Notes: generated by a model not told the origin, from the sequence alone. Shown: positions 53,286-63,427, counted from the stretch's first letter. The stretch: DNA of 64,000 bases from Saprospiraceae bacterium (GCA_015490715.1 WFXH01000106.1:2177-66176), one strand, 5' to 3'. Made by a program: numbers and translations.

Positions 53286-53302
53286 CGGATCCGATCGCCC
53301 TT

Positions 53303-53707
53303 ATGGTCAAGCAGCTCGAGCACATCGGCATTGCCGTATCCGACATGGAGAAGGCCATCGATCTTTACAGTCGATTGCTTGGAAGGATGCCGTATAAGGA
53401 AGAAACGGTCGAAACCGAAGGGGTGCGCACCGTCTTTTTCCGAGTCGGTGAGGTAAAGATCGAACTGCTTGAAGGAATCGGTCCCGACAATCCCATCGAT
53501 CGCTTCGTGGCCAAGAGGGGAGCGGGGATCCACCATCTCGCCTACGAAGTAGAAGATATCTTTGAAGCGATTCGCTATTGCAAAGAACAGGGCTTCCACT
53601 TGGTCAACGAAGAGCCTCGGGTGGGAGCAGACAACAAATTAATCTGCTTTATTCACCCAAAATCCGCTGATGGGGTGTTGATCGAACTGTGTCAATCGAT
53701 CCAATAA
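53303..53707 (+). CDS. mce: Methylmalonyl-CoA epimerase
   Basis: EHIGIAV, KIELLE, GIHHLAYEV, FIHPKS..GVLIELCQ. Confidence 0.93.
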   Translation: MVKQLEHIGIAVSDMEKAIDLYSRLLGRMPYKEETVETEGVRTVFFRVGEVKIELLEGIGPDNPIDRFVAKRGAGIHHLAYEVEDIFEAIRYCKEQGFHLVNEEPRVGADNKLICFIHPKSADGVLIELCQSIQ

Positions 53708-54469
53708 ATGCACTCCTCACTGAGTGTTGAGGAGGTCCTCCTTGCCTTAAGTGGAGGACTCATCGCAGGAAGCATCAATACTTTGGCCGGCAATGGCTCT
53801 GCAATTACCTTGCCCATATTGATGTGGGTATTGGGATTGCCGCCTCATCTGGCCAACGGAACCAACCGAGTGGGGATATTGATTCAGACGAGTTTGAGTT
53901 ACTTGGTCTTCCGGCGGCACAAAATGATTCGAGCAGAAGACTATGGGCTCTATATCTATCCCACCCTCATAGGTGCTCTGCTCGGTGTGATGATTGCGGT
54001 GTACATCCCGGCAGAGGCCTTTGTACGGACCTTTGGTCTACTCATGCTGCTGCTCTTAGCAGTAATAGCCTTTCGGACGAGTATACGAGCTTGGTCCGCA
54101 CCTAAGAGAGTTTCGGCTGGTAAGCTTAAGCTGTACAGTTTTATACTCGGCGTATATGGTGGTTTTATTCAAATGGGGATGGGCATCTTTTTCTTGCTCC
54201 TATTGATGGGCTTGACGCGGCGCAACATCATCGAGGCCAATGCCGTCAAGGTAACAGCTGTGGCGGTGTATACGGCCGTGATACTGGTCATTTTTGTGGC
54301 CTATGGAATGGTCGACTGGCAGATGGGCTTGCTCATGGCCGTGGGCCAGGGAATGGGCGGGTACTGGACGGCACGATGGGCAACGCGTCATCCGGCAGCT
54401 TCCACTTGGGCCTTTCGCATATTGATATTGTCGATGGGGCTCTCCGCATGGAAGGCCTTGACGGGTTAG
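53708..54469 (+). CDS. TauE/SafE (TSUP) family exporter
   Basis: AGSINTLAGNGS.ITLP, ANGTNR, GVYGGFIQMGMG, ANAVK. Confidence 0.9.
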   Translation: MHSSLSVEEVLLALSGGLIAGSINTLAGNGSAITLPILMWVLGLPPHLANGTNRVGILIQTSLSYLVFRRHKMIRAEDYGLYIYPTLIGALLGVMIAVYIPAEAFVRTFGLLMLLLLAVIAFRTSIRAWSAPKRVSAGKLKLYSFILGVYGGFIQMGMGIFFLLLLMGLTRRNIIEANAVKVTAVAVYTAVILVIFVAYGMVDWQMGLLMAVGQGMGGYWTARWATRHPAASTWAFRILILSMGLSAWKALTG

Positions 54470-54541
54470 CATTCAACCACCGACTATTGCGCGGTGTAAC
54501 TACTACGCAGAGCGTATCGTAACTCTATAAAATCACTTCAC

Positions 54542-55270
54542 ATGCAATACTCGAGAGCTGCATTGATCGCGCTGATGGCATTTCCAATGTTCTTGATGGG
54601 CTGTCAAGATCGTCCAACCGTCCGACTCTCTGGGGTGCGGACGGAAATCTCCTATTCGCTACCACCTTTTGAATCGATTTCGGCCAGTGGTATTTTTGAG
54701 CTCGTGCTCAATCCGGGCGATGAAGAGAGAATCACTATCCGCACGGATACCGCCATTTTACCCTTTCTTCATGTAACAGTGCAAGACAAAGAACTTCGCA
54801 TCGACATGGATAAAATCAAGATAAAAAAACAAGACAAAACCTCTCCAAGTGAGGAGATATTTCCGGAAATAGAGGTGGTCTATCGGGGTATAAAACGGTT
54901 GGCGTACAGGGGAGTGGGCGTGTTGCGGACAGGCGATACCCTACGGGCTACGGCTTTGAAGCTCATACACAAGGGTGTGGGGGCCCTGTATCTCGATGCG
55001 GTGGTTGATGGGGATATCGATGTGATGTATGAAGGTGTGGGAGAGATGCTCTTAACTGGCCATGCGCAGCGCATGCATTTGAAAGCCTCCGGGGTGGGCA
55101 AGATTGATGCGGGCGCATTTCGCGTGGTCAATGGAGTGGTAGAGGCCCGGGGTGTGGGTGAGGTAGTGCTGTTTGTGACGGACACCCTTTGGCTGGGGGC
55201 AAAGGGCATCGGAGAAATGTCTTTTACAGAGAAGCCCAGAATAATCCGTCCCTATGGCGATGATCGATGA
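54542..55270 (+). CDS. DUF2807 (head GIN domain) lipoprotein
   Basis: Lipobox LMGC and repeated xGVG beta-helix units. Confidence 0.8.
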   Translation: MQYSRAALIALMAFPMFLMGCQDRPTVRLSGVRTEISYSLPPFESISASGIFELVLNPGDEERITIRTDTAILPFLHVTVQDKELRIDMDKIKIKKQDKTSPSEEIFPEIEVVYRGIKRLAYRGVGVLRTGDTLRATALKLIHKGVGALYLDAVVDGDIDVMYEGVGEMLLTGHAQRMHLKASGVGKIDAGAFRVVNGVVEARGVGEVVLFVTDTLWLGAKGIGEMSFTEKPRIIRPYGDDR

Positions 55271-55369
55271 TGTATCAACCCTTGAATAGGACATACACGC
55301 CGATCCTTCCTGTACGGTGAAGGAAGCCCTATCGGTCGAGTTTTGGCATATGGCGGTAGGACGCATGTC

Positions 55370-56470
55370 TTATGCGTCGTTGGCATGAACGAGTTGGTTG
55401 AGAGCGCCAGTGGTTTTGACTGTCCAATGATATTTGTCGTCGACTTCACCGCGTTTGAGTTGGGTGAGGTAGTCTTTGAGTTTGAGGGAGAGCTGCCATT
55501 GGTCTGGCGGGAAGAACATGTCGATATCGCGATACCGTAGTTTTTGGACATTGGCGATGACGGCGGCGGTGCCGGAGCCGAAGCATTCGACGAAATCGCC
55601 GCGTTCGTAGGCGCGGACCAGGTCGAGGATATCGACTTTTTCTTCGCGCACGTCGTGTCCCCAATCGCGCAGAATGTGTATGATCGAATCGCGTGTGATG
55701 CCCGGCAAGATAGCACCGGTGAGTCTGGGCGTCAGTATACGGTCTTTGAAGACGAAGAAGATATTCATCGTCCCGACTTCTTGGACGAAGCGGAAGTCTT
55801 TGGGCTCCATCCACAACACTTGGTCGAAGCCCTGTTGTTGGGCCAGCTGGGTGGGATAGAGCGAGGCGGCGTAGTTGCCGGCCGTTTTAGCAAATCCCAC
55901 GCCGCCCTCGACGGCACGGATGTATTGGGTCTGGACCAATATGTTGAGGGGTTTGTTGTAATAGGGTCCAACGGGCAAGGTCATGATGAAGAATTTGTAC
56001 GATTGGGAGGGTTTGACACCGAGATGGGGGTCCCATGCGATCATGAGAGGGCGGATGTAGAGAGCAGCATCTTTGTCGTTGGGTATCCAGTGTTTTTCGA
56101 GTTCGACCAGTACTTTGAGTGCTTTGAGGAAGACCTCTTCGGGGAATTCGGGCATGCACATACGCCTTGCGCTGGTGTTGAATCTCTTGATGTGCATATC
56201 GGGGCGGAAGAGGAGCACTTCGCCCTGAGGGTTTTTCGTAGCTTTCATGCCTTCGAAGATGGATTGGCCGTAGTGCCAGGCGAGGTTGCCCGGGTGGGTG
56301 GGGATTGCACGGAGAGGTTCGATGCGGAAATTTTGCCACTTTCCGTCGACATAATCGGCCACAAACATGTGGTCGGTAAATTCTTTTCCAAAGCTGAGGT
56401 TTTGTAAGTCGACCTCGTCAATTCGACTCTTTTCGGCTCTCTGGATGTCGATGAAAATCTCTCCACTCAT
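55370..56470 (-). CDS. ilvE: Branched-chain amino acid aminotransferase
   Basis: FTDHMF, HYGQSIFEGMKA, LYIRP, AKTAGNYA, EVGTMN, ILPGITRDS, GSGTAAVI. Confidence 0.96.
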   Translation of the reverse strand: MSGEIFIDIQRAEKSRIDEVDLQNLSFGKEFTDHMFVADYVDGKWQNFRIEPLRAIPTHPGNLAWHYGQSIFEGMKATKNPQGEVLLFRPDMHIKRFNTSARRMCMPEFPEEVFLKALKVLVELEKHWIPNDKDAALYIRPLMIAWDPHLGVKPSQSYKFFIMTLPVGPYYNKPLNILVQTQYIRAVEGGVGFAKTAGNYAASLYPTQLAQQQGFDQVLWMEPKDFRFVQEVGTMNIFFVFKDRILTPRLTGAILPGITRDSIIHILRDWGHDVREEKVDILDLVRAYERGDFVECFGSGTAAVIANVQKLRYRDIDMFFPPDQWQLSLKLKDYLTQLKRGEVDDKYHWTVKTTGALNQLVHANDA

Positions 56471-56530
56471 GATCGTTAAATTTTTGTGCAAATTATGCGA
56501 TACTGCTACATTTGTGCGATATTCAATGCG

Positions 56531-56980
56531 ATGCTACAGACCGACTTGTACATCATTCCGTCCGAAGACAAATCGTGTGTACATCATGCACCGTCCGCTC
56601 CCCGTGTGCTGGTGACTGTGCGGCAGGAGGATTTCACCCCTGAAGCGGAGGCACTACTTCAACGGATCATGCAATCCGTGCGCACGGATTACTCTACCGA
56701 CTGTGCGCTACTGGTTTTGTCTTCGAACACTTTCGTCCGATATTATAATGCCGTAAATATACGAAATGTTCGACAATTTCTCACATTTGGGGTGCCCTTT
56801 TCGCGTTTAGGGCTCATGGTTCGGGCTCGGACACATGAGTTCTTTCGGTTTCGTGGGATAAAATGTCTGTTGACGGTGCCGTTAGTCGAGCTCTTAGAGG
56901 AAAAGAGGGCCGGGCGTTCCGAAAAGCGACGAGCGCTGTGGAATCAACTCCAACGGATGTTTGAACTGAAAAAAGACTGA
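56531..56980 (+). CDS. Hypothetical protein (degenerate UDG-like/Pol III psi-like family)
   Basis: EAEALLQRIMQSV, FLTFGV, KRRALWNQLQRMF pattern. TACATTTG box at 56507-56514. Confidence 0.5.
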   Translation: MLQTDLYIIPSEDKSCVHHAPSAPRVLVTVRQEDFTPEAEALLQRIMQSVRTDYSTDCALLVLSSNTFVRYYNAVNIRNVRQFLTFGVPFSRLGLMVRARTHEFFRFRGIKCLLTVPLVELLEEKRAGRSEKRRALWNQLQRMFELKKD

Positions 56981-56987
56981 ATCAGCT

Positions 56988-57590
56988 ATGCGAAAACTCT
57001 TTGTAGCGACATCCAATGCACACAAACTGGATGAAATGCGCTCCATCGTCTCTGACGAATGGCAGCTCGTTGGCATGCACGAAGCGGGATTTAGGGGGGA
57101 TATTGACGAGGATGGCGAGACCCTGGAGGAAAATGCTTATTTGAAGGCCAGAGCTCTTTTTGACCATCTCGGTGGGGGGTGGGTCATTGGCGAAGATACG
57201 GGGTTGGAGGTAGATGCCCTTGATGGAAGGCCTGGTGCGCGCACGGCGCGCTTTGCTGGCGAAGGAGCCACGGCGCAAGAAAATATGGCCAAGTTGTTGC
57301 ACTTATTAAAAGGAGCAAGCGACAGAAGTGCACAGTTTCGGACCGTCATTACGCTCATAGATCCCCATGGCAAAGTCCACTATTTTGAGGGAATCTGCAG
57401 GGGGCGCATTGCGGAACAACCAATGGGCATGGGAGGATTTGGTTACGATCCCATTTTTATACCTGAGGGCTATGAAAAGAGCTTTGCTGCCTTGCCAGCC
57501 GAAGTGAAAAATCGCATAAGCCATCGTGCGCGTGCTCTTGCCGAGCTGCGCGATTTCATTCGACATCTGGAGGAGAAGCCTGCTCCGTAG
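56988..57590 (+). CDS. rdgB: Non-canonical purine NTP pyrophosphatase (HAM1)
   Basis: ATSNAHK, E.GETLEENA..KA, EDTGLEVDALDGRPG, FGYDPIF, KNRISHR. Confidence 0.95.
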   Translation: MRKLFVATSNAHKLDEMRSIVSDEWQLVGMHEAGFRGDIDEDGETLEENAYLKARALFDHLGGGWVIGEDTGLEVDALDGRPGARTARFAGEGATAQENMAKLLHLLKGASDRSAQFRTVITLIDPHGKVHYFEGICRGRIAEQPMGMGGFGYDPIFIPEGYEKSFAALPAEVKNRISHRARALAELRDFIRHLEEKPAP

Positions 57591-58590
57591 CTGGTGGGTC
57601 GTACGACCATCGGAGGTAGATGGAGCCCCATGTAAAGCCGCCGCCGAAGGCGGTGAGGATGAGAGCGTCGCCTTTTTTTAGCTGGTTTTCCCATTCCCAG
57701 AGGCAGAGGGGGATGGTGGCGGTGGTGGTATTGCCGTATTTGTGGATGTTGACCATGATGCGTTCGAGTGGAAATTCAAACATGTTGGAGATGCTCTGGA
57801 TGATACGCATATTGGCCTGGTGGGGTACGACCCACTGGATATCGTCTTTGGAGAGATGGTGGCGCTGCATGAGCTTTTTGATGGATTGCACCATGCCGTT
57901 GACGGCAAATTTGAACACAGTGCGCCCTTCTTGATAGATGAAGTGCTCGCGATTTTCGACGGTTTCGTGGGTAGCGGGGTGATAGGAACCTCCACCTTTT
58001 TGGTACAGGTAGTTTCTCCCCATGCCATCGCTTTCGAGCACACTGTCGATGATGCCCGTATCGTCGTCGGAGGGTTCGAGCAATACGGCACCGGCGGCGT
58101 CGCCGAAGAGTATGCACGTAGTGCGGTCGGTATAATCGACGATAGAGGACATCTTATCGGCACCTACGACGATGACCTTTTTCAGACCGCTTTCGACGAA
58201 TTTTGCACCCGTCTCGAGGGCATACAAAAATCCCGAACAAGCCGCGCTGATTTCGAAGCCGAAGCCCGAGCGGATGCCGACTTTGTCGCGGATGACATTG
58301 GCGGTGTCGGGGAACAGCATGTCCGGCGTAGCTGTGGCACAGATGACCAGATCGATTTCGTTTGGGTCGGTTTGGGTCTTATGCAGGAGTTGTTTGACTG
58401 CTTCGGCTCCGAGATCGGAAGATGCCGTATTGGGCTGGGTCATAATGCGTCGCTCTTTAATGCCGGTGCGAGTGGTAATCCACTCGTCACTGGTATCGAC
58501 CATTTGTTCTAAGTCCTTGTTGGTAAGCACAAAGGGGGGTACGTACGCCCCTACGCCGGTGATTTTTGCCCTTCGTCGATGTACGTCCAT
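57556..58590 (-). CDS. fabH: 3-oxoacyl-ACP synthase III
   Basis: DTSDEWITTRTGIKERR, AACSGF, LFGDAAGA, PHQANMRII, YGNT, FGGGFTWG. Confidence 0.96.
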   Translation of the reverse strand: MDVHRRRAKITGVGAYVPPFVLTNKDLEQMVDTSDEWITTRTGIKERRIMTQPNTASSDLGAEAVKQLLHKTQTDPNEIDLVICATATPDMLFPDTANVIRDKVGIRSGFGFEISAACSGFLYALETGAKFVESGLKKVIVVGADKMSSIVDYTDRTTCILFGDAAGAVLLEPSDDDTGIIDSVLESDGMGRNYLYQKGGGSYHPATHETVENREHFIYQEGRTVFKFAVNGMVQSIKKLMQRHHLSKDDIQWVVPHQANMRIIQSISNMFEFPLERIMVNIHKYGNTTTATIPLCLWEWENQLKKGDALILTAFGGGFTWGSIYLRWSYDPPATEQASPPDVE

Positions 58591-58699
58591 GCCGATAGAG
58601 TGATTTGAGACCTGGCAAAGGACAAAAGTAAGTTAAAATATACAATTACGGTGGAGGATATTGACAGGAGGGTTCTACCTTTGCGAAAAAGTTGGGGAT

Positions 58700-59599
58700 A
58701 TGGGACAAATTCAACGCGTAGCAGTCATCGGTGCCGGCACGATGGGCAATGGCATTGCGCATGTGTTTGCGCTACACGGCTATGAAGTCTATTTGGTCGA
58801 CATATCGAAGGATTCGCTTGAGCTGGCTCTCGACATCATAGCGCGCAATTTAATGCGCATGGTCAAGAAGGAAAAGATACGCGAAGAACAAAAAGAGGCG
58901 GCCCTGTCTCGTATCAAGACGCATACGACACTTGAGATGGCGGTCGATCGGGTGGATCTGGTCGTAGAAGCGGTGGTGGAAGATTTTTCTGTCAAGGCCG
59001 ACGTGTTTCAAAAAGTCGATCGCATCGCTCCGTCGCATGCCATTTTAGCGACCAATACCTCCTCCATTTCGATTACGAAGATCGCTTCGGTGACCAATAG
59101 GCCGGAGCGCGTCATCGGCATGCACTTTTTCAATCCCGTGCCGGTGATGCAGCTGGTGGAGGTCATCCGCGGATTGACGACTTCGGATGAGGTGGCGCAG
59201 ACCATCATGACTCTGGCACGCGAATTAGGGAAGACACCTGTGGAAGTGCGGGATTTTCCCGGCTTTGTGTCCAATCGAGTGCTCATGCCCATGATCAATG
59301 AGGCCATTTATGCGCTGTACGAAGGAGTAGCTGGGGTGGAGGAGATCGATACGGTCATGAAATTGGGCATGGCTCATCCCATGGGCCCGCTCCATCTGGC
59401 CGATTTTATCGGCCTGGATGTGTGCCTCAACATCATGAAAGTACTCCACCTGGGTCTGGGGCGCGACAAATACGCTCCCTGCCCGCTTTTGGTTAAGATG
59501 GTCCTTGCTGGAAAGCTGGGTATCAAAACCGGCGAGGGATTTTACGATTATTCCCAGGGAACAAAAAACAAGCAGGTGTCTTCTATGTTTAGAAAATGA
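58700..59599 (+). CDS. hbd: 3-hydroxybutyryl-CoA dehydrogenase
   Basis: VIGAGTMGNGIA, ATNTSSISIT, GMHFFNPVP, PGFVSNR, HPMGPL.LAD. TACCTTTG box at 58676-58683. Confidence 0.93.
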   Translation: MGQIQRVAVIGAGTMGNGIAHVFALHGYEVYLVDISKDSLELALDIIARNLMRMVKKEKIREEQKEAALSRIKTHTTLEMAVDRVDLVVEAVVEDFSVKADVFQKVDRIAPSHAILATNTSSISITKIASVTNRPERVIGMHFFNPVPVMQLVEVIRGLTTSDEVAQTIMTLARELGKTPVEVRDFPGFVSNRVLMPMINEAIYALYEGVAGVEEIDTVMKLGMAHPMGPLHLADFIGLDVCLNIMKVLHLGLGRDKYAPCPLLVKMVLAGKLGIKTGEGFYDYSQGTKNKQVSSMFRK

Positions 59600-59771
59600 T
59601 AGAGCGGAGGGATAGAGAGAGAAGCTGCATTTGGACAGGCAAAGGGATAAAATCCTGCGATAGAGTGTACAATTTCATACAAGAGCTGTTATCTTTGCAG
59701 TCCCTTTATAGCATAGGACGAGCAGAAGCGACGATCGTGACCAATACGAGATAGGTGAAAAAATTCATGCC

Positions 59772-61370
59772 ATGCGTAAGAGATTAGTCATCTGGGGAGT
59801 CGACGAAAACGACAAGAGAGTCTTAGTAGGCATTGCACTCAACATCGAAGAAAACCTCATCGACTTATACATCTTTCACGAAGACTTAGTCACGGAAGAC
59901 TTTTACAAAGATTTCATGAAAAAATGGGGGCAAGAAGAGGCGGAGATCGAATTTCCGGAGGGTTACACCCATCTACAGCGCCCCTTGAGTGCTACGGAAT
60001 CCATTCTGCCGGACAATATCAAGGCGGACAATCCCGATATGGTCAGCCGCACGCAAATGGAGTGGCAGTTTCTCGTGCTGGCCGAAAAACTATACGCGTT
60101 TTACAAAGAGGAGCTCGAAAAACTCAAGGAAAAGGCTCAAGATCTCACCGAATTCAACAAAGAACTCTGGGAAGAGCTCAAGAGCTATTCTAAAAAGCTC
60201 AATGAGCAGATCCGCTCGCGCATGCTGTTTAAAAAACACAGCGACGAGCTGAAAAACGAGCTCAACAATCTCTTCCAAAAGCTCAAAGAACTAAGGGATA
60301 GCAGGGTGGTCGATCCTGAACTCGCTGAGGCGTCCAAAAAAATACTCAGCAAGGTCAAGGATATGCTCGCAGAGGTCAAAGAAAAATTTGAAAAAGGCAT
60401 TCACAAACGCATCCTATTCGAAGATCTCAAAAAAATCGAGCAATACTACAAAGAGCACTTCAGCGAAATCCTCCAACCCGATCGGCGTACCATCTATCGC
60501 ATGATTGACGACATGTACAAGGAGATCAAGAGGGTTCGCTTGCAAAGGCCCCAGGAGGGGGATGAAATACGGCGTACAAGAAGCCGCATCAGTGGCGTGG
60601 ACCGATGGCTCGACAAGCACGGCGGACAGCTCAAATCCCTCGAACGAGAACTCGAGCGCCTCGAAAAAAAAGACAGTGCACTTAATCAGCTCGAAGCCCA
60701 GCTGCGAGACCTGCGCATCAACATCATAAAAGAAAAAATAGCAGCCAAGAAGAAGAAGATACAAGAGCTCAAAGATCTCCGTCAAGAGCTCGAAGCGCGT
60801 CTTGAAAAACTTCTGGCTCGAGAAGCAGCCTCCGAAGCATCATCCGATAGTGCCCACCAATCTCAACAAAGCGAAGAAGCTACTCAAACTACTACCCAAA
60901 CAGCTTCGGAGCATTTAGCCGAAGATGAGGCCCAGGGAGGTGAATCCCTGGCGGAAAAAGCCGAGGAGATCGTCGAGACCACCAAAGCCATCGCCAAGGC
61001 CATCACGGATAAGGCCAAGGATGTACTGGAAGACGTAGTGGAAGAAGTCGTGGAGGAGTCCTCTGAAATAATGGAAGACGTCAAGGAATTTATCGGCGAT
61101 GCGGTAGAAAAAATCGAAGAACTGGTCGAGAGCAAGGAAGAGCAGAAAGAGGAAGATAAAGAAATAACTCAAAGCGCTACCGACGAAGAGTCTTCATCTA
61201 CTTCGGCAGCATCCGCAGAGGTAGATCAAAAAGAGGAAATTCAGGAAGAACAGGAGGAGAGTAAGGTGGAGGCCGACCAAGAGGTCGCGTCCGAAGAGGG
61301 GGCAGCGCAACAAGACGAGTCCCCGGAGGAATCTGCAAGCAGCGAAACTGAAGAGGAGAAGACCAGCTGA
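59772..61370 (+). CDS. Hypothetical coiled-coil protein with long acidic low-complexity tail
   Basis: Small beta-rich N-terminus (MRKRLVIWG), K/E-rich heptads, E/S/Q-rich C-terminal third. TATCTTTG box at 59690-59697. Confidence 0.75.
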   Translation: MRKRLVIWGVDENDKRVLVGIALNIEENLIDLYIFHEDLVTEDFYKDFMKKWGQEEAEIEFPEGYTHLQRPLSATESILPDNIKADNPDMVSRTQMEWQFLVLAEKLYAFYKEELEKLKEKAQDLTEFNKELWEELKSYSKKLNEQIRSRMLFKKHSDELKNELNNLFQKLKELRDSRVVDPELAEASKKILSKVKDMLAEVKEKFEKGIHKRILFEDLKKIEQYYKEHFSEILQPDRRTIYRMIDDMYKEIKRVRLQRPQEGDEIRRTRSRISGVDRWLDKHGGQLKSLERELERLEKKDSALNQLEAQLRDLRINIIKEKIAAKKKKIQELKDLRQELEARLEKLLAREAASEASSDSAHQSQQSEEATQTTTQTASEHLAEDEAQGGESLAEKAEEIVETTKAIAKAITDKAKDVLEDVVEEVVEESSEIMEDVKEFIGDAVEKIEELVESKEEQKEEDKEITQSATDEESSSTSAASAEVDQKEEIQEEQEESKVEADQEVASEEGAAQQDESPEESASSETEEEKTS

Positions 61371-61387
61371 TTTTAAATAGTCGATTG

Positions 61388-63427
61388 TCAAGGAACAAAT
61401 ATCGCCCTGTCGAATACGCGGTATCCCTGGGAGTTGCGCAGCACAAGGCGGTGCCATCCGGAGGATAAAGCTCGGATAGATACGACAGAAGGACGCCCTG
61501 GGGTCGAGGCAGGAATGCGAATGTGTCGTAGGATTGTTCCATTGGGATGGATGATAGCGCCTTCGAGTGTATCGCCATCGGAGTAGAAGAGCACAAGGGA
61601 TTGCGCAGTGGCGGCGACAGTGATGCGCACGCCGGTGGATTTATTCAAGAAGTACACTAAATTGGAGGAGATAGTCTCTCCACTTTGGAGGAGTGCTTTG
61701 ATGCGATACCACGGGCCCAGGGGCTGCCATTTGCGATGGAGCGGAAGGGTGTAGACAGAGCTGGGGCCTGTTTGCGGTGGGATGAGGGTACAATCGGTAA
61801 AGGACTGTCCATCGTTGGAGGCTTGGAGTATAAAATGGCTGATGGGTTGGGTGGGGGTGAGTTTCCATTGGAGTAAGGGTGGGTTGAGGTGGGGCAGTAG
61901 GTTGAGTTGGATGTGTTTGAATGCAAGGGTTTGGCAGTTGTAGATTTGCATATCGCTTTTGCCGCAGGAGCCCTGGCTGTAGTTGATGACGTCGTTGCCG
62001 GCGTTGAGGTCGTTGGTAGAGAGGGAACGGCGTTCGGTACCATTGGCCAGTGCGTAATGCATGACGTCGTTGGTATTGATGACGTGGCCGAGTTGGTGGC
62101 TATGGCCCAATTCGTGGAGGGCGACGGTTTCGAAGTCGTATTGGTTGTTGGCGGTGCTGTTGTCGGCGGCGTCGTAGTTCCAGTTGGTACCGTCGTTGAA
62201 GACGAGGTCGGTTTCGTCGAGCACCCAGGTAGTACCGCCGTTGCATCCGATGAAGTAGCTGTAGGATTGGCCCAAGACGCCTGCTGGCAGCTCGTTGCCG
62301 TTGTCGAAACGCACGACATTGACGCCGTCGCCGGCGGCCTGGTCGATGTTGGTGGTGCCGTTGTCGTCGAAGTAGACGCCCGTGCCGTCGCAGCGCCAGG
62401 TGTCGAGAGCGCGGCGGAATGCGTCACGCGCCTGTATGTTGTTGTACAGTTCGGTGTGATACTTCAACACGTATCCGCCGCTGCCATCGGCGTCGACCAG
62501 ATTGGTGCGGTATCGGCGGTTGTTGTACGTCACGTTGGTGATGTTGTATTCTACCGTTAGCGACGTGCTGCTCAAGGCGCTGCTTCCGCTGCTGTTGGTG
62601 ACGCGGAATTTGCCGGTACCTGCATCGGTGGGCACTTTGACCTTGATTTGCGTGTCCGACCACGAGACGTATTCTGTGCTGAGGGGCTCGACGTCGATGG
62701 TTGCGCCTCCGTTGTTGGCATTGCTAAACTCGACCCGTCCACTGCCCCTCGAGGCGCCAAATCCACTGCCGTTGATGGTCAAAATGACGCCCTTACCGGC
62801 TTGCACTGCACCAGGTGAAAAACTCGTAATGGACACGGCAAGGGGATCACGCCATTCGGCCTTCGCTCTTCGAAGGGCTTTCTCAATCCAGGAATGCCGT
62901 ATCGGATAGCCCCATTGCTTTAGCAGTGCGTACCATTCGCCATCAATAGATCCATACGAGCCGTATAAATCGTAAGCGCGATTGGTCACGAGGTCGTAGT
63001 ATACGAGACCGGCGTGGGCATAGATAGCTCGAAAACGAGGAAGCTCTGTAGGTCGTTCGTCTACGAGAGCAATAGGTGAGGGTTCGAGTAGCCACATGCC
63101 CGTCTGTCCCACGGAGGGATGCAATGAAGGCACAACCACCTCTCGGCGAGGAAAAATCGTCCCGCCCGGTGAGAGAAGCTCTACGGTAGTGCTGTTCAAT
63201 GTTCCCTTGAGTACCTGATGGACTTGTAGCACGTACACGGTATAGATATGTCCTTGATGGCTATCCATAGCCGTATATGCGTCTTGCACGGTGGCCTCTA
63301 CTACGTGGGAAGCGTTAGTCATTCGCTCTTTTAGCGGTGCTTGCACTATTTGAGCGTTCATTCCTTGAAAGTGGAGTAGGATGGAGAGAGAAAAAATACT
63401 GCAAAAACACCTGTTATACTGTACCAT
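61388..63427 (-). CDS. Secreted metzincin (matrixin/M10-like) metalloprotease with IPT/TIG domain and degenerate T9SS-like C-terminus
   Basis: Signal peptide, ITSFSP..LTINGSGFG..SWSDTQIKVKVP (IPT), HELGHSHQLGH zinc motif, Met-turn DVMHY. Confidence 0.88.
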   Translation of the reverse strand: MVQYNRCFCSIFSLSILLHFQGMNAQIVQAPLKERMTNASHVVEATVQDAYTAMDSHQGHIYTVYVLQVHQVLKGTLNSTTVELLSPGGTIFPRREVVVPSLHPSVGQTGMWLLEPSPIALVDERPTELPRFRAIYAHAGLVYYDLVTNRAYDLYGSYGSIDGEWYALLKQWGYPIRHSWIEKALRRAKAEWRDPLAVSITSFSPGAVQAGKGVILTINGSGFGASRGSGRVEFSNANNGGATIDVEPLSTEYVSWSDTQIKVKVPTDAGTGKFRVTNSSGSSALSSTSLTVEYNITNVTYNNRRYRTNLVDADGSGGYVLKYHTELYNNIQARDAFRRALDTWRCDGTGVYFDDNGTTNIDQAAGDGVNVVRFDNGNELPAGVLGQSYSYFIGCNGGTTWVLDETDLVFNDGTNWNYDAADNSTANNQYDFETVALHELGHSHQLGHVINTNDVMHYALANGTERRSLSTNDLNAGNDVINYSQGSCGKSDMQIYNCQTLAFKHIQLNLLPHLNPPLLQWKLTPTQPISHFILQASNDGQSFTDCTLIPPQTGPSSVYTLPLHRKWQPLGPWYRIKALLQSGETISSNLVYFLNKSTGVRITVAATAQSLVLFYSDGDTLEGAIIHPNGTILRHIRIPASTPGRPSVVSIRALSSGWHRLVLRNSQGYRVFDRAIFVP

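Noticed and set aside
55271..55369. Imperfect stems (CCGAT/ATCGG, TCCTTC/GAAGGA) between convergent DUF2807 and ilvE genes
   Set aside because: Short and interrupted with no U-tract; not distinguishable from chance by eye.
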